From Octopus sinensis (Eukaryota), in assembly GCF_006345805.1 (NCBI RefSeq), contig NC_043020.1:8246001-8310000 (forward strand): a DNA stretch of 64,000 nucleotides, in the 5' to 3' direction. This document shows positions 50,311 to 62,780 of this stretch, in pieces. The position numbers and the translations under genes are program-made. The notes beneath the pieces were generated by a model. The model saw only the letters and a program-made list of their open reading frames with translations, had not been told where the DNA came from and ran no database searches. Position 1 is the first letter of the stretch, and each line of letters opens with the position of its first letter.

Positions 50311-51943
50311 TATGAGTTTCTAGAAAAGACCTGCTAACAAAAACGAACCCGACTTCTTGAAGCGTTGTGTTCCACCTACACGTAACAATAAAATTTTCAA
50401 TGGCGGTGCCCCAGCATGGCCACAGCTCGTGAGCTGAAACTAGATAAAATAAAATAAAATAAAATTTTCACACACCCTAGCCCAACAAACCAAACTACAC
50501 CCCCCTTTCCCAAACTGTTTCTCTTGTACTTACTCTCTTTTACTCTTTTACTTGTTTCAGTCATTTGACTGCGGCCATGCTGGAGCACCGCCATTAGTCG
50601 AGCAAATCGACCCCGGGATTTATTCTTTTGTAAGCCCAGTACTTATTCTATCAGTCTCTTTTGCCGAACCGCTATTATTATCTCCCACTTTCCATTCCAG
50701 TCCTCACTGTATTGTTGCCTCCACCTGTCCCCTCTCCCTCTAGATACCCAGATTCTCGCCAGCCACAGCATCCCCATCCCCTACTCGCAACTTCTTAGCA
50801 ATACCCTGTCAGCACCTGCTGCCATTCATCTCCCTCTTCCTTACTCTACCATTCCATCTCTGCCCTGCTCCCCATACCTTGAGAGTATACTCTGGCACTT
50901 GTCGCCATCCCTCTCCTGCTCTTGCTGTCTCCTACTCTCTCTCTCTTTCCCTTGCTCTCCCCTCTGGCTCAGTAATCATCAGCATCAAACCTGTTTCTGC
51001 CCTCATTCTTCATCACCCTCTCTCCCACCTTCTCTCGCTCTTACCTCTGCAGCACACATCTTTCTTGTTAACTCCCCCCCTCTCTCTCTCTCTCTCTCTA
51101 AGTAACCATGTCCCTCCTCTTCAGTAAGATATCTGTTTCTTTCATCATCTGACCCTAGACCCCCCCTCATCCAATGCCCCCCTCCCTTCTCAAATACTCT
51201 TGCAAAGTTACTTGGTAATCCTGCCAATGCTGGTGCCACATAAAAAGCACCCGGTCCACACTGTAACATGGTTGGCATTTGGAAGGGCATCCAGCCGTAA
51301 AAATCACACCAAAACTGACCATGCCTGTGCTGGGGCCACGTAAAAAGCACCCAGTCCACACTGTAACATGGTTGGCATTTGGAAGGGCATCCAGCTGTAA
51401 AAATCACACCAAAACTGACCATGCCTGTGCTGGGGCCACGTAAAAAGCACTCGGCCCACTCTACAGTGTGGTTGGTGTTAGGAAGGGAATCCAACCATAA
51501 CGACCATGCCAGAACACCCATGTTTCAAGGGGTGAATTATTCTAACCCCAAAGAATCCTACTCTCAACACATGGCTATGATGCTCCCCCACTACTTCTGC
51601 TCGTGATCAGAGATGCACATATCATCAGTCACCAAGGAACATGGTAAACTGACAAGCAAATCTGTGGTATTGAGCAGAATATTTGCTGTGGCCCATCTTT
51701 CACACCAAAACATGTCCAGTTAAGATCAGAAGCCATGAGAATCACTGCCTGGTACCGCATTGTGTTAAACTATGTAATGGAGTGGCTGTGTGGTAAGTAG
51801 CTTGCTAACCAACCACATGGTTGCGGGTTCAGTCCCACAGCGTGGCATCTTGGGCAAGTGCCTTCTGCTATGGCCCCGGGCCGACCAATGCCTTGTGAGT
51901 GGATTTGGTAGACGGAAACTGAAAGAAGCCTGTCGTATATATG

Positions 51944-51978
<35 letters not shown>

Positions 51979-52257
51979 CTGTCCCCCTAGCATTGCTTGA
52001 CAACCGATGCTGGTGTGTTTACGTCCCCGTCACTTAGCGGTTCGGCAAAAGAGACCGATAGAATGAGTACTGGGCTTACAAAGAATAAGTCCCGGGGTCG
52101 ATTTGCACGACTAAAGGCGGTGCTCCAGCATGGCCGCAGTCAAATGACTGAAACAAGTAAAAGAGTAAAAAGAGAGAGAGAGAGTAATGGATAAAGTGTT
52201 ACAATCAAAGTTTATTTCAATATAGTCACGATTAAAAAGTGAAGGGATCTTACTCAC

Positions 52258-52423
52258 CGAGGTCAGAACACTGGACAGATATTTCATCTGGACGTACCGC
52301 CAAAAGGTTCATGTAGGAGAGACTGCAATCAATTGAAAGATTTTCCTTGGACAGAACAAAAGTTATCATGTCTCGAGCCACCGAATACTGGATGCTGTTT
52401 AACAGATGGTCTTTGCACATCGA
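52258..52423 (-). CDS. CENPO: CENP-O-like exon (SMCKDHLLNSIQYSVARDMITFVLSKENLSIDCSLSYMNLLAVRPDEISVQCSDL-G)
   Basis: Acceptor TTTCCAG, donor CTCG|GTGAGT, 166 nt (phase 0/1), phase-compatible with both neighbours. 'LSYMNLLAVRPDEISVQC' resembles CENP-O 'LLYKDLTATLPTDVTVTC'. Confidence 0.75.
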
Positions 52424-52487
52424 CTGGAAATCAAGAACAGAACAGAAAAGAATAGAATGGTATGGCACGGTATGGTATGGTATGACA

Positions 52488-52999
52488 TCTATATATATAA
52501 AACTGTAGTTGTGTGAGTGTCTGTCCCCTTCGATTTAGATTCCTAACTACTCCCACATTTTGCGGTGCAGTTTAACCAAATTCGGGTATCTTATAGTCGT
52601 GATTCATATCGAGCCCGTCTGGGTATTAGCGCGCGTCTACGATGAGTCTACGATTTAAAAAAAATTCAACATCATTTTTTATTCCATTTTAATGCATATT
52701 TTTTCGTGTGCCGATGGCGGCGGAGTTGGCGTCCATGGTCACAGCTGCACCTGTTTGCTTCTCCCCCTTCTTCCCTCCCTCGTGAAGCTGTGGGGAAGGG
52801 AGTGTAAGGAAATCAACGTCGTAATGCGTTGTCAAGGAGACCAGCGTTCTTTTAGAACAACGACTTCATGGCTTGAAGACACCAAAACAAAAATGGCTAA
52901 GAAAGCCCGAATTGGCATCTATAAGGGAAGTAACTCTCTAAAAAGGCTTATATAGTTATTTCCCTTACAAATCCGAGCAACGCCGGGCGATACTGCTAG
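52488..52999 (+). mobile_element. Complete non-autonomous Helitron (512 bp)
   Basis: Starts A|TC(TATATATATAAAA), ends CTAG|T, with subterminal hairpin CCGAGCAACGCCGGG just upstream of CTAG; no TSD. Confidence 0.85.
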
Positions 53000-55072
53000 T
53001 GTTGGATAATAGGAGGTCAGGAAGACTGACAGAATGGAAGAGAAATAGAATGGTGCTGGGGTGGCTGCATAGGTAAGGAGCCTGCTTCCATATCAGGAGG
53101 GTTTAGGTTCAGTCCCCAGCATGGCCGCAGTCTAATGACTGAAACAGATGATAATGCTATACATGAAAATAAATCTATTTTTAACAGCAGAATGAAGTGG
53201 ATGCTGAAAGGTTCTGGGTTTTAAGGGTGTCTTGAAAGGCCATGTTGGAGACCCAACCTTTCGAGTTCTTCTACTGGGCTTAGAAAAACTGAAGGGCCAC
53301 TGCAATAAGTGTGTGAATCTGAGAGGGGAATATGTTGAATAAACCCCTAATTAACTGATCCTCCTGTATTTTCTTGTTTTACCCAATGCCAGGAACTTTT
53401 CAGCACAGGCGGCAAGCTGGCAGAAACATTAGCACGCCGGGTGAAATCATCATCGTCGTTTAACGTCCGTTCTCCATGCTAGCATGGGTTGGACGGTTCG
53501 ACCGGGGATCTGGGAAGCCAGAAGGCTGCACCAGGCTCCGGTCTTATCTGGCAGTGTTTCTACAGCTGGATGCCCTTCCTAACGCCAACCACTCCGTGAG
53601 TGTAGTGGGTGCTTTTTACATGCCACCTGCACTGGTGCCAGGCGAGGCTGGCATCGGCCACGGTCGGATTGGTGTATTTTACGTGCCACCAGCACGGAAG
53701 CCAGTCGAGGCGGCACTGGCTTCGGCCACGATTCGGATGGTGCTTTTTACGTGCCACCGACATGGAAACCAGTCGAGGCGGCGCTGGCATCGGCCACGAT
53801 TCGGATAGTGCTTTTTACGTATCTCCAGTCCAGGGGTCCTGGCATCTGCTGAGTGCCAGTCATAGGATTAGTTCAATTTCGATTCCGATTTCACTTGCTT
53901 ATCAATGCTTATTGATATTCCGTCTAACGCTACGTTCTGAGTTCAAATTCCACCGAGGTCGAATTTACCTTTCATCCTTTCGGGGTCGATAAATTAAGTA
54001 CTAGTTATGCACTGGGGTCGATGTAATCAACTTAATCCCTTTGTCTGTCCTTGTTTGTCACTTCTATGTTTAGCCCTTTGTGGGCAATAAAGAAATAAGG
54101 AACTTTTCAGCACACTCCTGTGTGTGTGTGTACACACACGCATGAAGGGATGCTGAAAAGTTCCTGGTTTTAAGGGCATCACAAAAGGCTTGACTGGAGG
54201 CACAACTTTCCAAGTTCTTTTACAAGGTTAAAAAAAAAAACTGAAGGAATTTGAACTCAGGCGCAGGAGTGGCTGTGTGGTAAGCAGCTTGCTAACCAAC
54301 CACATGGCTCCGGGTTCAGTCCCACTGCGTGGCATCTTGGGCAAGTGTCTTCTGCTATAGCACCCGGGCCGACCAATGCCTTGTGAGTGGATTTGGTAGA
54401 CAGAAACTGAAAGAAGCCTGTCGTATATATATATATGTATGTGCGTGTATGTTTGTGTGTCTGTGTTTGTCCCCCTAGCATTGCTTGACAACCGATGCTG
54501 GTGTGTTTATGTCCTCGTCACTTAGCGGTTCGGCAAAAGAGACCGATAGAATAAGTACTGGGCTTACAAAGAATAAGTCCCGGGGTCGAGTTGCTCGATT
54601 AAAGGCGGTGCTCCAGCATGGCCGCAGTCAAATGACTGAAACAAGGAAAAGAGTAAAGAGTAAGAGTAAGGACCTCTGCTATAAATGTGTGAATCTGAAA
54701 AAGGGGATCATGTTTACAAAATGTATAATTAACTGATCACCCTATATTGTCTTTTACGGAAAGCCAGGGACCTCTCAGCAACACGACCCCATGTGTGTGT
54801 GTGTGTGCACGTGACCATGAGGAAATATCTCCTTGCTTAGAAACAGCAGAGTTAGTAATGGGAAGGGCATCCAGCTGTAGAAAATCTGCTTCACTAATCT
54901 CCTCCAATGCAGGCAGGAATGGAAAAGCGGATGTTAAAAGCGATGATGATGATGATGAATGGGAAAGAGGACAAAAGAGAAAAGAATGGAACAGAATGGA
55001 ATAAAAAGAAAAAAAAAGAAATTGTCTGGAATTGATGGAAGGGTGGCCATGATAGGAATAACATTGTCTGGA

Positions 55073-55540
55073 CACTACCACCAGCACCACCACCACTGCC
55101 ACTACTACCACAACCACCACCGCCACAACTACCACCACCACCACAACTACCACCACCGCCACAACTACCACCACCGCCACAACTACCACCACCACCACAA
55201 CCACCACAACTACCACCACCACCACAACTACCACCACCACCACAACTACCACAACTACCACCCCCACTACCACTACCACAACTACCACCCCCACCACAAC
55301 TACCACCACCACTACCACAACCACCACAACTACCACCACCACCGCCACAACTACCACCACCGCCACAACTACCACCACCACCACAACCACCACAACTACC
55401 ACCACCACAACTACCACCACCACCACAACTACCACAACTACCACCCCCACCACCACTACCACAACTACCACCCCCACCACAACCACCACAACTACCACCA
55501 CCACCGCCACAACTACCACCACCACAACCACCACCACAAC
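55073..55540. repeat. CAC/AAC/TAC triplet array with about 185-bp higher-order duplication
   Basis: Diagnostic CGCC and CCCCC variants recur at 183-186-bp spacing; a second array lies at about 55990-56330. Confidence 0.9.
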
Positions 55541-57219
55541 TAGCTTGTTTATTGTTTTTTCTCACCCTTTTTATTCTCCTTCCTCTCCGTTCCTCTTCCT
55601 CTTCTATCATTATTTACACTAAATTCAGAAAAAACATCTTAACTCAACTGAGTGTCCTTCCCCGCCACCACCACCACCACCTTCCCCCTCATCCTAAAGT
55701 TTCCTCCCTCTATCTCCCCCCACCCCACACACCTTCCATCTTCACTTTACCCTAACACTATTTACATTAACTTCAGTGAAAACACCTTCACCTGATTCCC
55801 CTCCTCCTTCCTCCTCATCTTCCCCATCGCCCCAATCCCCCCTCCCCCTCTCTCTCTTATCTATTCCATTATTATTATTATTTCTATTTATAATAACTTC
55901 CCTGAATCATCAAAACTCCTCCAGTTTGGAAACGAAAGAGACAAGAAACAACAGAAGGAACTAAAAGACAATTAAAGGTTTTATAGTTAATCACCACCAA
56001 CACCACCACACCCACCACTACCACTGCCACCACAACTACCACCAGCACCACCACCACCACCACAACTACCACAACCACCACCACCACCGCCATCACCACA
56101 ACTACCATCATCACTACAACTACCACCACAACTACCACCAGCACCACCACAACTACCACCACCACCACAGCCACAACTACCACCACCACCACCACAACTA
56201 CCACCACCACAACTACCACCACCACCACTGCCACCACCACTACCACAACCGCCGAAACTACCACCACCACCACTACCACCACAACTACCACCACAGCCAC
56301 CACCACTACTGCAACTACCACCACCACCACAAATCCTCTAACAGTTGAAACACCTCTCCTACAAAACCAACACTTCAAATACTTTTTCTCTGAAATATTT
56401 CAAGTGTCAGAAAAGAAAACAACTGAAAATGTGTGTGTGTGCGTGCACACATGCATGCATGTATGCGTACACGTGCATACACATGTATGTATGGTTTGTG
56501 CGTATGTGCATGGAAGCATGTGTGCCCAGGTATATATTCAGTTATTCTGTTATATATTTCAGCCATAGGGCTGTGGTCAAGCTCCAGCATGACCACATCA
56601 TTATCATCGTTTAACGTCCGCTTTCCATGCTAGCATGGGTTGGATGATTTTGACTGAGGGCTGGCGAGCCAGGGGGCTGCACCAGACTCCAATCTTGATC
56701 TGGCAGAGTTTCTACAGCTGGATGCCCTTCCTAACGCCAACCACTCCGAGAGTGTAGTGGGTGCTTTTTACGTGCCACCGGTACAGGGGCCAGTCAAGCG
56801 ATACTGGCAATGACCTCGCTCGAATCTTTTTACACGTGCCACCGGCAGAGGTGCCAGTGAAGCGACGTTGGTAACGATCACGCTCGAATGGTGCCCTTAC
56901 GAATATATTTGTGTGCATGAGCATGCTTACGAGTGTGAGCATACATGTATATATCTGTGCGTATGTGTATGGCTGTGGACACATTTGGCTGTCACAACCT
57001 AAAGCTCCCATGAAAGCCAACACTTCCTCCTTCGAAAACTGACCTTTGTAGTTTGTTTTCCCCCCTTTAAAAAATTTCATTGTCACCATATAAATTTCTC
57101 CTTTTAAAAGCCATCCCCTACATCTTTCTAACCTTTGAATACTGAGAGTCTCAGCAAGGTCACTCAGCCTGCTAGAAACCACAACTAAATCCCACTCAAA
57201 ACACATTCTTCCTTCTTAA

Positions 57220-57922
57220 ACCTTCAGCATTCAGATTTCTCTAAGGCGGCGAGCTGGCAGAACCGTTAGCACGCCGGGTGAAATGCTTAGCGCTTTTTCG
57301 TCTGCCGTTGCATTGTGAGTTCAAATTCCACCGAGGTCGACTTTGCCTTTCATCCTTTCGGGGTCGATAAATTAAGTACCAGTTATGCACTAGGGTCGAT
57401 ATAATTGACTTAATCCCTTTGTCTGTCCTTGTTTGTCCTCTCTGTGTTTAGCCCCTTGTGGGTAATAAAGAAATAAGTATTCAGATTTCTCTGTCAAATG
57501 TAATGTTTATTTATTCACATTGATATCCATTAATCCTGCATTATCTCGTAGCTTCAAGATTTCATTGATGTAATTGCCACCGAAGCCAGTGCCACCTCGA
57601 CTGGCTTCCGTGCAGGTGGCACGTAAAAAGCACCCACTACACTCACGGAGTGGTTGGCGTTAGGAAGGGCATCCAGCTGTAGAAACATTGCCAGATAAGA
57701 CTGGAGCCTGGTGCAGCCTTCTGGCTTCCCAGATCCCCGGTCGAACCGTCCAACCCATGCTAGCATGGAGAACGGACGTTAAACGATGATGATGATGATG
57801 ATGTAATTGCTTATTTTTAGAATGACATTGTAGGGTAAGTGTGAGAGGCTGGATCTGGCTATTTTGAATATAAAACAGGTAGACTATTTTGGCTGGATAT
57901 GGTTGGTTTAAATGCTGAAGGG
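57220..57922. mobile_element. piggyBac-type MITE carrying two retroposon insertions
   Basis: SINE 57243-57478 with TSD ATTCAGATTTCTCT (57229-42 / 57479-92); RTE 3' end 57578-57798 with TSD TGATGTAATTGC (57566-77 / 57799-810). Confidence 0.8.
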
Positions 57923-58114
57923 TTAAGAGATGGGACAGTCATGACTGATTAGTCTTCTGGTCCCAAATCCTGCTTGATCAACAAAGAGTTAAACAACAAT
58001 CAACAACTTTTCCCTATCATTTTCCCCTTCAAAAATTAACTGTTCCCCTTTTTATTCCATCGTCATTTTAACATCTACTTCTCGACGGATATTTGTCATC
58101 TTGCTTGTTGTTAA

Positions 58115-58333
58115 CCCTTTAGCGTTCGGATTATTCAATCAAACATAATGCTTATTGATTCCCATTGATTTGAATTAATCATGCATTATCTCATATCTTC
58201 AAGATCTTGATGGTGTAATTACTTAATGTAGAATAACATTGTAGGGTAGGTGGGAGAGCCTGGATCCGGTCAGTTTGAACATAAAACAGATTAACTATTT
58301 TGGCCGGATATGGTCGGTTTAAATACTAATGGG
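58115..58333. mobile_element. piggyBac-type MITE, family 1, inserted into the hammerhead-SINE at a TTAA site
   Basis: TTAA at 58111-14 and 58334-37. Removing the MITE plus one TTAA restores GTTGTTAACACAAC as in the uninterrupted copy at about 27221-27234. Confidence 0.85.
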
Positions 58334-58437
58334 TTAACACAACATTTCGGCTGATATACCCTCCAGCCTTCATCAGATGTCTTGGGGAAATTTCGAACCT
58401 GGGTTCTCATTCCTAAGACACCTGAAATTTCCCCCAA

Positions 58438-58483
58438 GACACCTGATGAAGGCTGGAGGGTATATCAGCCGAAACGTTGTGTT
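58438..58483 (+). ncRNA. Minimal type I hammerhead ribozyme motif
   Basis: GACAC-CUGAUGA-A-GGCUG-GAGGGUAUAU-CAGCC-GAAAC-GU-U-GUGUU. Confidence 0.72.
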
Positions 58484-61345
58484 AACAACCAACAAGATGA
58501 GGACAAATATACGTCGAATGTAAATAATGTACATAATTCCTCATTTATTAAAAGCACCATCCGTCCATGGCCGTTTGCCAGCTCTGTCTGGCACCTGTGT
58601 GGGTGGTACGTAAAAAGCACCCACTACACTCACGGAGTGGTTGGCGTTAGGAAGGGCATCCAGCTGTAGAAACACTGCCAGATCAGACTGGGCCTGATGC
58701 AGCCTTCTGGCTTCACAGACCCCAGTTGAACCGTCCAACCCATGCTAGCATGGAAAGCGGACGCTAAATGATGATGATGATGAGAACTGTATTATTTACT
58801 TCTTAAGTCAGACAAGATTCATTGATGCAAATTTTCTTCCCCTAGACACCTTTCCTGTTGCCAACCCTCGCCTACTTTCAAACAAGATCCTAGTTCTCCA
58901 TGGTTGGATATAGTTTCATGGAAAAATGAAAATAAGGGACACTGCTTGTATGACATTGATTTTGTTGGTAACTACTACACAATTTGCTTCCCAAGCACAT
59001 GGTTCTGGGTTCAGTCCCACTGCGTGGTACCTTGGGTAAGTGTTTCTTCTATAGCCTCAGATCAAAGCCTTGTGAGTGGATTTGGTAAATGGAAACTTAA
59101 AGATTCCTGTCACGTACGTGTGTGCACGTGCATGCTTTTGTCTCCAACCACCACGTTAACAACCAGTGTTGGTGTGTTTATGGCCCTGTAACTTAGTGGT
59201 TCAGCAATAGAGACCAATAGAATAAGTACCAGGCTTTAAAAAACCTTAAAAAAGTACTGGGGTCAATCCATTCAACTGATAAAAACCCTTTAAGGTGGTG
59301 CCCCAGCATGGCTGCAGTGTAATGAGTGAAACGCGTAAAAGACAAGAGATACATGACAAGCTTCTTTCAGTTTCCAACAACCAAATCTTTGGTTGGGCCA
59401 GTGCTATAAAAAAGAAATACTTGCCCAAGATAACCATGCACTGGAAGTGAACCTGAAGCCATGTGGTTGGGAAGTGAGCTTCTTAACCACACAGTCATGC
59501 CATGGCTTCTATTATAAAAAAAAAAAGAAAAACAGTCAGAAACTGGAGATGATTTAACCGTTTCGCATTTAAACCAGCCGCATCTGGTCAATCGATATTT
59601 TACCTGTGTGGTAAGTAGCTTGCTAACCAACCACATGGTTCCGGGTTCAGTCCCACTGCGTGGCATCTTTGGCAAGTGTCTTCTGCTATAGCCCTGGGCC
59701 GACCAATGCCTTGTTAGTGGATTTGGTAGACGGAAACTGAAAGAAGCCTGTCGTATATATGTATATATATATATGTGTGTGCATGTTTGTGTTTGTCCCC
59801 CTAGCATTGCTTGACAACCGATGCTGGTGTGTTTACGTCCCCGTCACTTAGCGGTTCGGCAAAAGAGACCGATAGAATAAGTACTGGGCTTACAAAGAAT
59901 AAGTCCTGGGGTCGATTTGCTCGACTAAAGGCGGTGCTCCAGTAAAAGAGTAAAAAGAGTACTGGCCAGATCCAACATTTCACACCTACCCTACAATGTC
60001 ATTCTAAAAATAAATAATCACGTCATTGAAATTTCAAAGCTATGAGTTTAATGTATGATTAATTTAATCCTGCGCCAGGATTGGAACTTGCAACCTAAAG
60101 GTTCGTAACTAAATGCAACAAGGTTTTTTTTGTCTTCTGCTCTGCTATTTCTGTCACACCAACAAAACAATAATCCAAGGCCTGAAATTCGGGGACAGTC
60201 AATTACATCAACCCCCAGTGTATAACAGGTACTTATTTTATTGACCCTGAAAGGATGAAAGGCAAAGTCACCCTCAGTGGAATTTGAACTCAGAACATAA
60301 AGATAGGAGGAATGCCACGAAGCCATCTGTCCAGCATGCCAACGATTCTGCTAGCTCGCTGCCTTAATAATAACAATAATAATAATAATGGTTTCAAATT
60401 TTGGCACAAGGCCAGCAATTTCGAGAGAAGGGATAATTCGATTTCATCGACCCCAGTACTCAAGTGGCAGAAACGTTAGCACGCCGGGCGAAATGCTTAG
60501 CGGTATTTCGTCTGCGTTACGTTGTGAGTTCAAATTCCGCCTAGGTCGACTTTGCCTTTCATCCTTTCGGGGTCGATAAATTAAGTACCAGTTACGCACT
60601 GGGGGTCAATGTAATCGACTTAATACCTATGTCTGTCCTTGTTTGTCCGCTCTGTGTTTAGCCCCTTGTGGGTAATAAAGAAATAGGTATTAATTTTATG
60701 GACCTGAAAGGATAAAAGGCAAAGCTGACCTCGGCGGAATTTGAACTCATAACACAAAGACAGAAATGCCACTAAGTCCTGCATGCTAACAATTCTGCCA
60801 GTTCACTGCCTTAATAATGATAATCCTTTCTACTGGAAGCACAAGGCCTCACATTTCGGGGAAGGGATTAAGTCAGTTACATCGACCCCAGTGCGTAACT
60901 GGTACTTGTTTAATTGACCCACCCTGAAATGCAAAGATGACCTCAGCAGAATTTGAACTCAGAACGCGAAGATAAGAAATGCTACAAAGCATTATTGCCC
61001 AATACGCTAACGATTCTGCCAGCTTGCTGTCTTAATGATAAATAATAACATCATCATCATCATCGTTTAACGTCTGCTTTCCATGCTAGCATGGGGTGGA
61101 CGGTTCAACTGGGGTCTGGGGAGCCCGAAGGCTGCACCAGGCTTCAGTCTGATCTGACAGTGTTTCTACAGCTGGATGCCCTTCCTAACGCCAACCACTC
61201 CGAGAGTGTAGTGGGTGCTTTTATGTGCCAGACGAGGCTGGCGAACGGCCACGCTCGGATGCTGTTTTTTATGTGCCACCGACACAGGTGCCAGACGAGG
61301 CTGGCGAATGGCCACGCTCAGATGGTGGAAATAAGGGACACTTAC

Positions 61346-61620
61346 CAAAGACGTTTGAACTGCAATGTCTCTGACATTGAAGGCATAAACATAATCAGAG
61401 ATTTCTTTGATGATGGCATGGGTGGATTGTTTGGAGAGATTCTTATGTTTGCTTAGAATCTTCTCAACAGGAATAAATGGCAGCAAATTGTATTTCTTGG
61501 TCTCAAGACCATGGTTGGTCTGAAAAATTTCAATGAAATAGTCATGGTAGAACTTGCCGTTTTGGGTCACCTGGAACTGTATGCGGACATCGTTGTCAGT
61601 GCTGCTTGTTACTTTGAGAC
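61346..61620 (-). CDS. CENPO: CENP-O/Mcm21-like exon (G-LKVTSSTDNDVRIQFQVTQNGKFYHDYFIEI...LLPFIPVEKILSKH...EISDYVYAFNVRDIAVQTSL)
   Basis: Acceptor TTATCAG, donor TTG|GTAAGT, 275 nt (phase 1/0). Aligns by eye to human CENP-O 'VCISTAFEGNLLDSYFVDL...VPVFIPLEEIAAKY...SLCEYLNAYSGR'. Upstream exons probably lie beyond 64000. Confidence 0.75.
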
Positions 61621-61679
61621 CTGATAACAGAGCAAGAGAAGAATCGTGGAAAGAAACCATGGAACCAACACCAGAGTGA

Positions 61680-62780
61680 TTAATTTCAAGAGTTGCAACG
61701 TAAAGAAGTGTGTTTGGAAATGTGGAATCCTGAAGAAATACTTCCCTTTGGGGCCTGTCTTCACCCCCTCAGTGGTTTCCAGAGGATTAGATTCATAAGG
61801 ATCTATTCACTGTGGTCCTTCAGAAGTTTTGCATAACTAGGGATCTATTCTCTGAGGCCCTTGCGCCTTCAAAGGTTTAGCAAAACCAGAGATCTACTCA
61901 CTGTGGTCCTTCAGAAGTTTTGCATAACTAGGGATCTATTCTCTGAGGCCCTTGCTCCTTCAGAGGTTTAGCAAAACTGTTGGGGCAAGTGAAATCGGAA
62001 TCGAAATTGAACCAATCCTATGACTGGCACCCGGCAAATGCCAGGACCCCTGGACTGGAGATACGTAAAAAGCACTATCCGAATCGTGGCTTCCGTGTCG
62101 GTGGCACGTAAAAAGCACCATCCAAATCGTGGCCAATGCCAGCGTTGCCTCGACTGGCTTCCATGCCGGTGGCACGTAAAAAACACCATCCGAATCGTGG
62201 CCGAAGCCAGTGCCACCTCGACTGGCTTCCGTGCAGGTGGCACGTAAAATGCACCAATCCGACCGTGGCCGATGCCAGCCTCGCCTGGCACCAGTGCAGG
62301 TGGCACGTAAAAAGCACCCATGACACTCACGGAGTGGTTGGCGTTAGGAAGGGCATCCAGCTGTAGAAACATTGCCAGATAAGACCGGAGCCTGGTGCAG
62401 CCTTCTGGCTTCCCAGATCCCCGGTCGAACCGTCCAACCCATGCTAGCATGGAGAGCGGACGTTGAACGATGATGATGAGCGATCTACTCACTGTAGTTC
62501 CAAGAATAACCTGGAATCTAATCTGTGGGTTATGGCCCTTCGAGAGTTTAGCAAAACCAATGTCATTGTACTTGGCATCAGCAAACCATTCAACTGTGTC
62601 TGGCATGAGAACTTGGCTGTGTTGCCCACCCAGGGACGCCATCAGTCTCCCATCTCTTGAATAGAAAGCTTCTTGTCTGTCTGCAATGTGTTGTCAGGAC
62701 TCCCTTTCGGCCACACTAGCAATTCTAGCATGCATACACCAAGGATCGCTAATGTCCCTTAAACTCATCTACCAGGATCT
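61680..62780 (+). pseudogene. Highly degenerate CR1/Jockey-like RT fragment with about 90-bp tandem duplication, interrupted by an RTE 3' end (61980-62477)
   Basis: 'LGISKPFNCVWHENL' resembles (A)LDISKAFDRVWH; 'IESFLS' follows. Units at about 61799-61889 and 61890-61979 are near-identical. Confidence 0.5.

Noticed and set aside
54737-55610. Gly/Cys/Ser-rich (238 aa), poly-Val (266 aa) and His/Asn/Tyr-rich (194 aa) ORFs resembling keratin-associated or metal-binding proteins
   Set aside because: All three are readings of one CAC/AAC/TAC triplet array inside the CENP-O-like intron; no splice signals or unique coding flanks.
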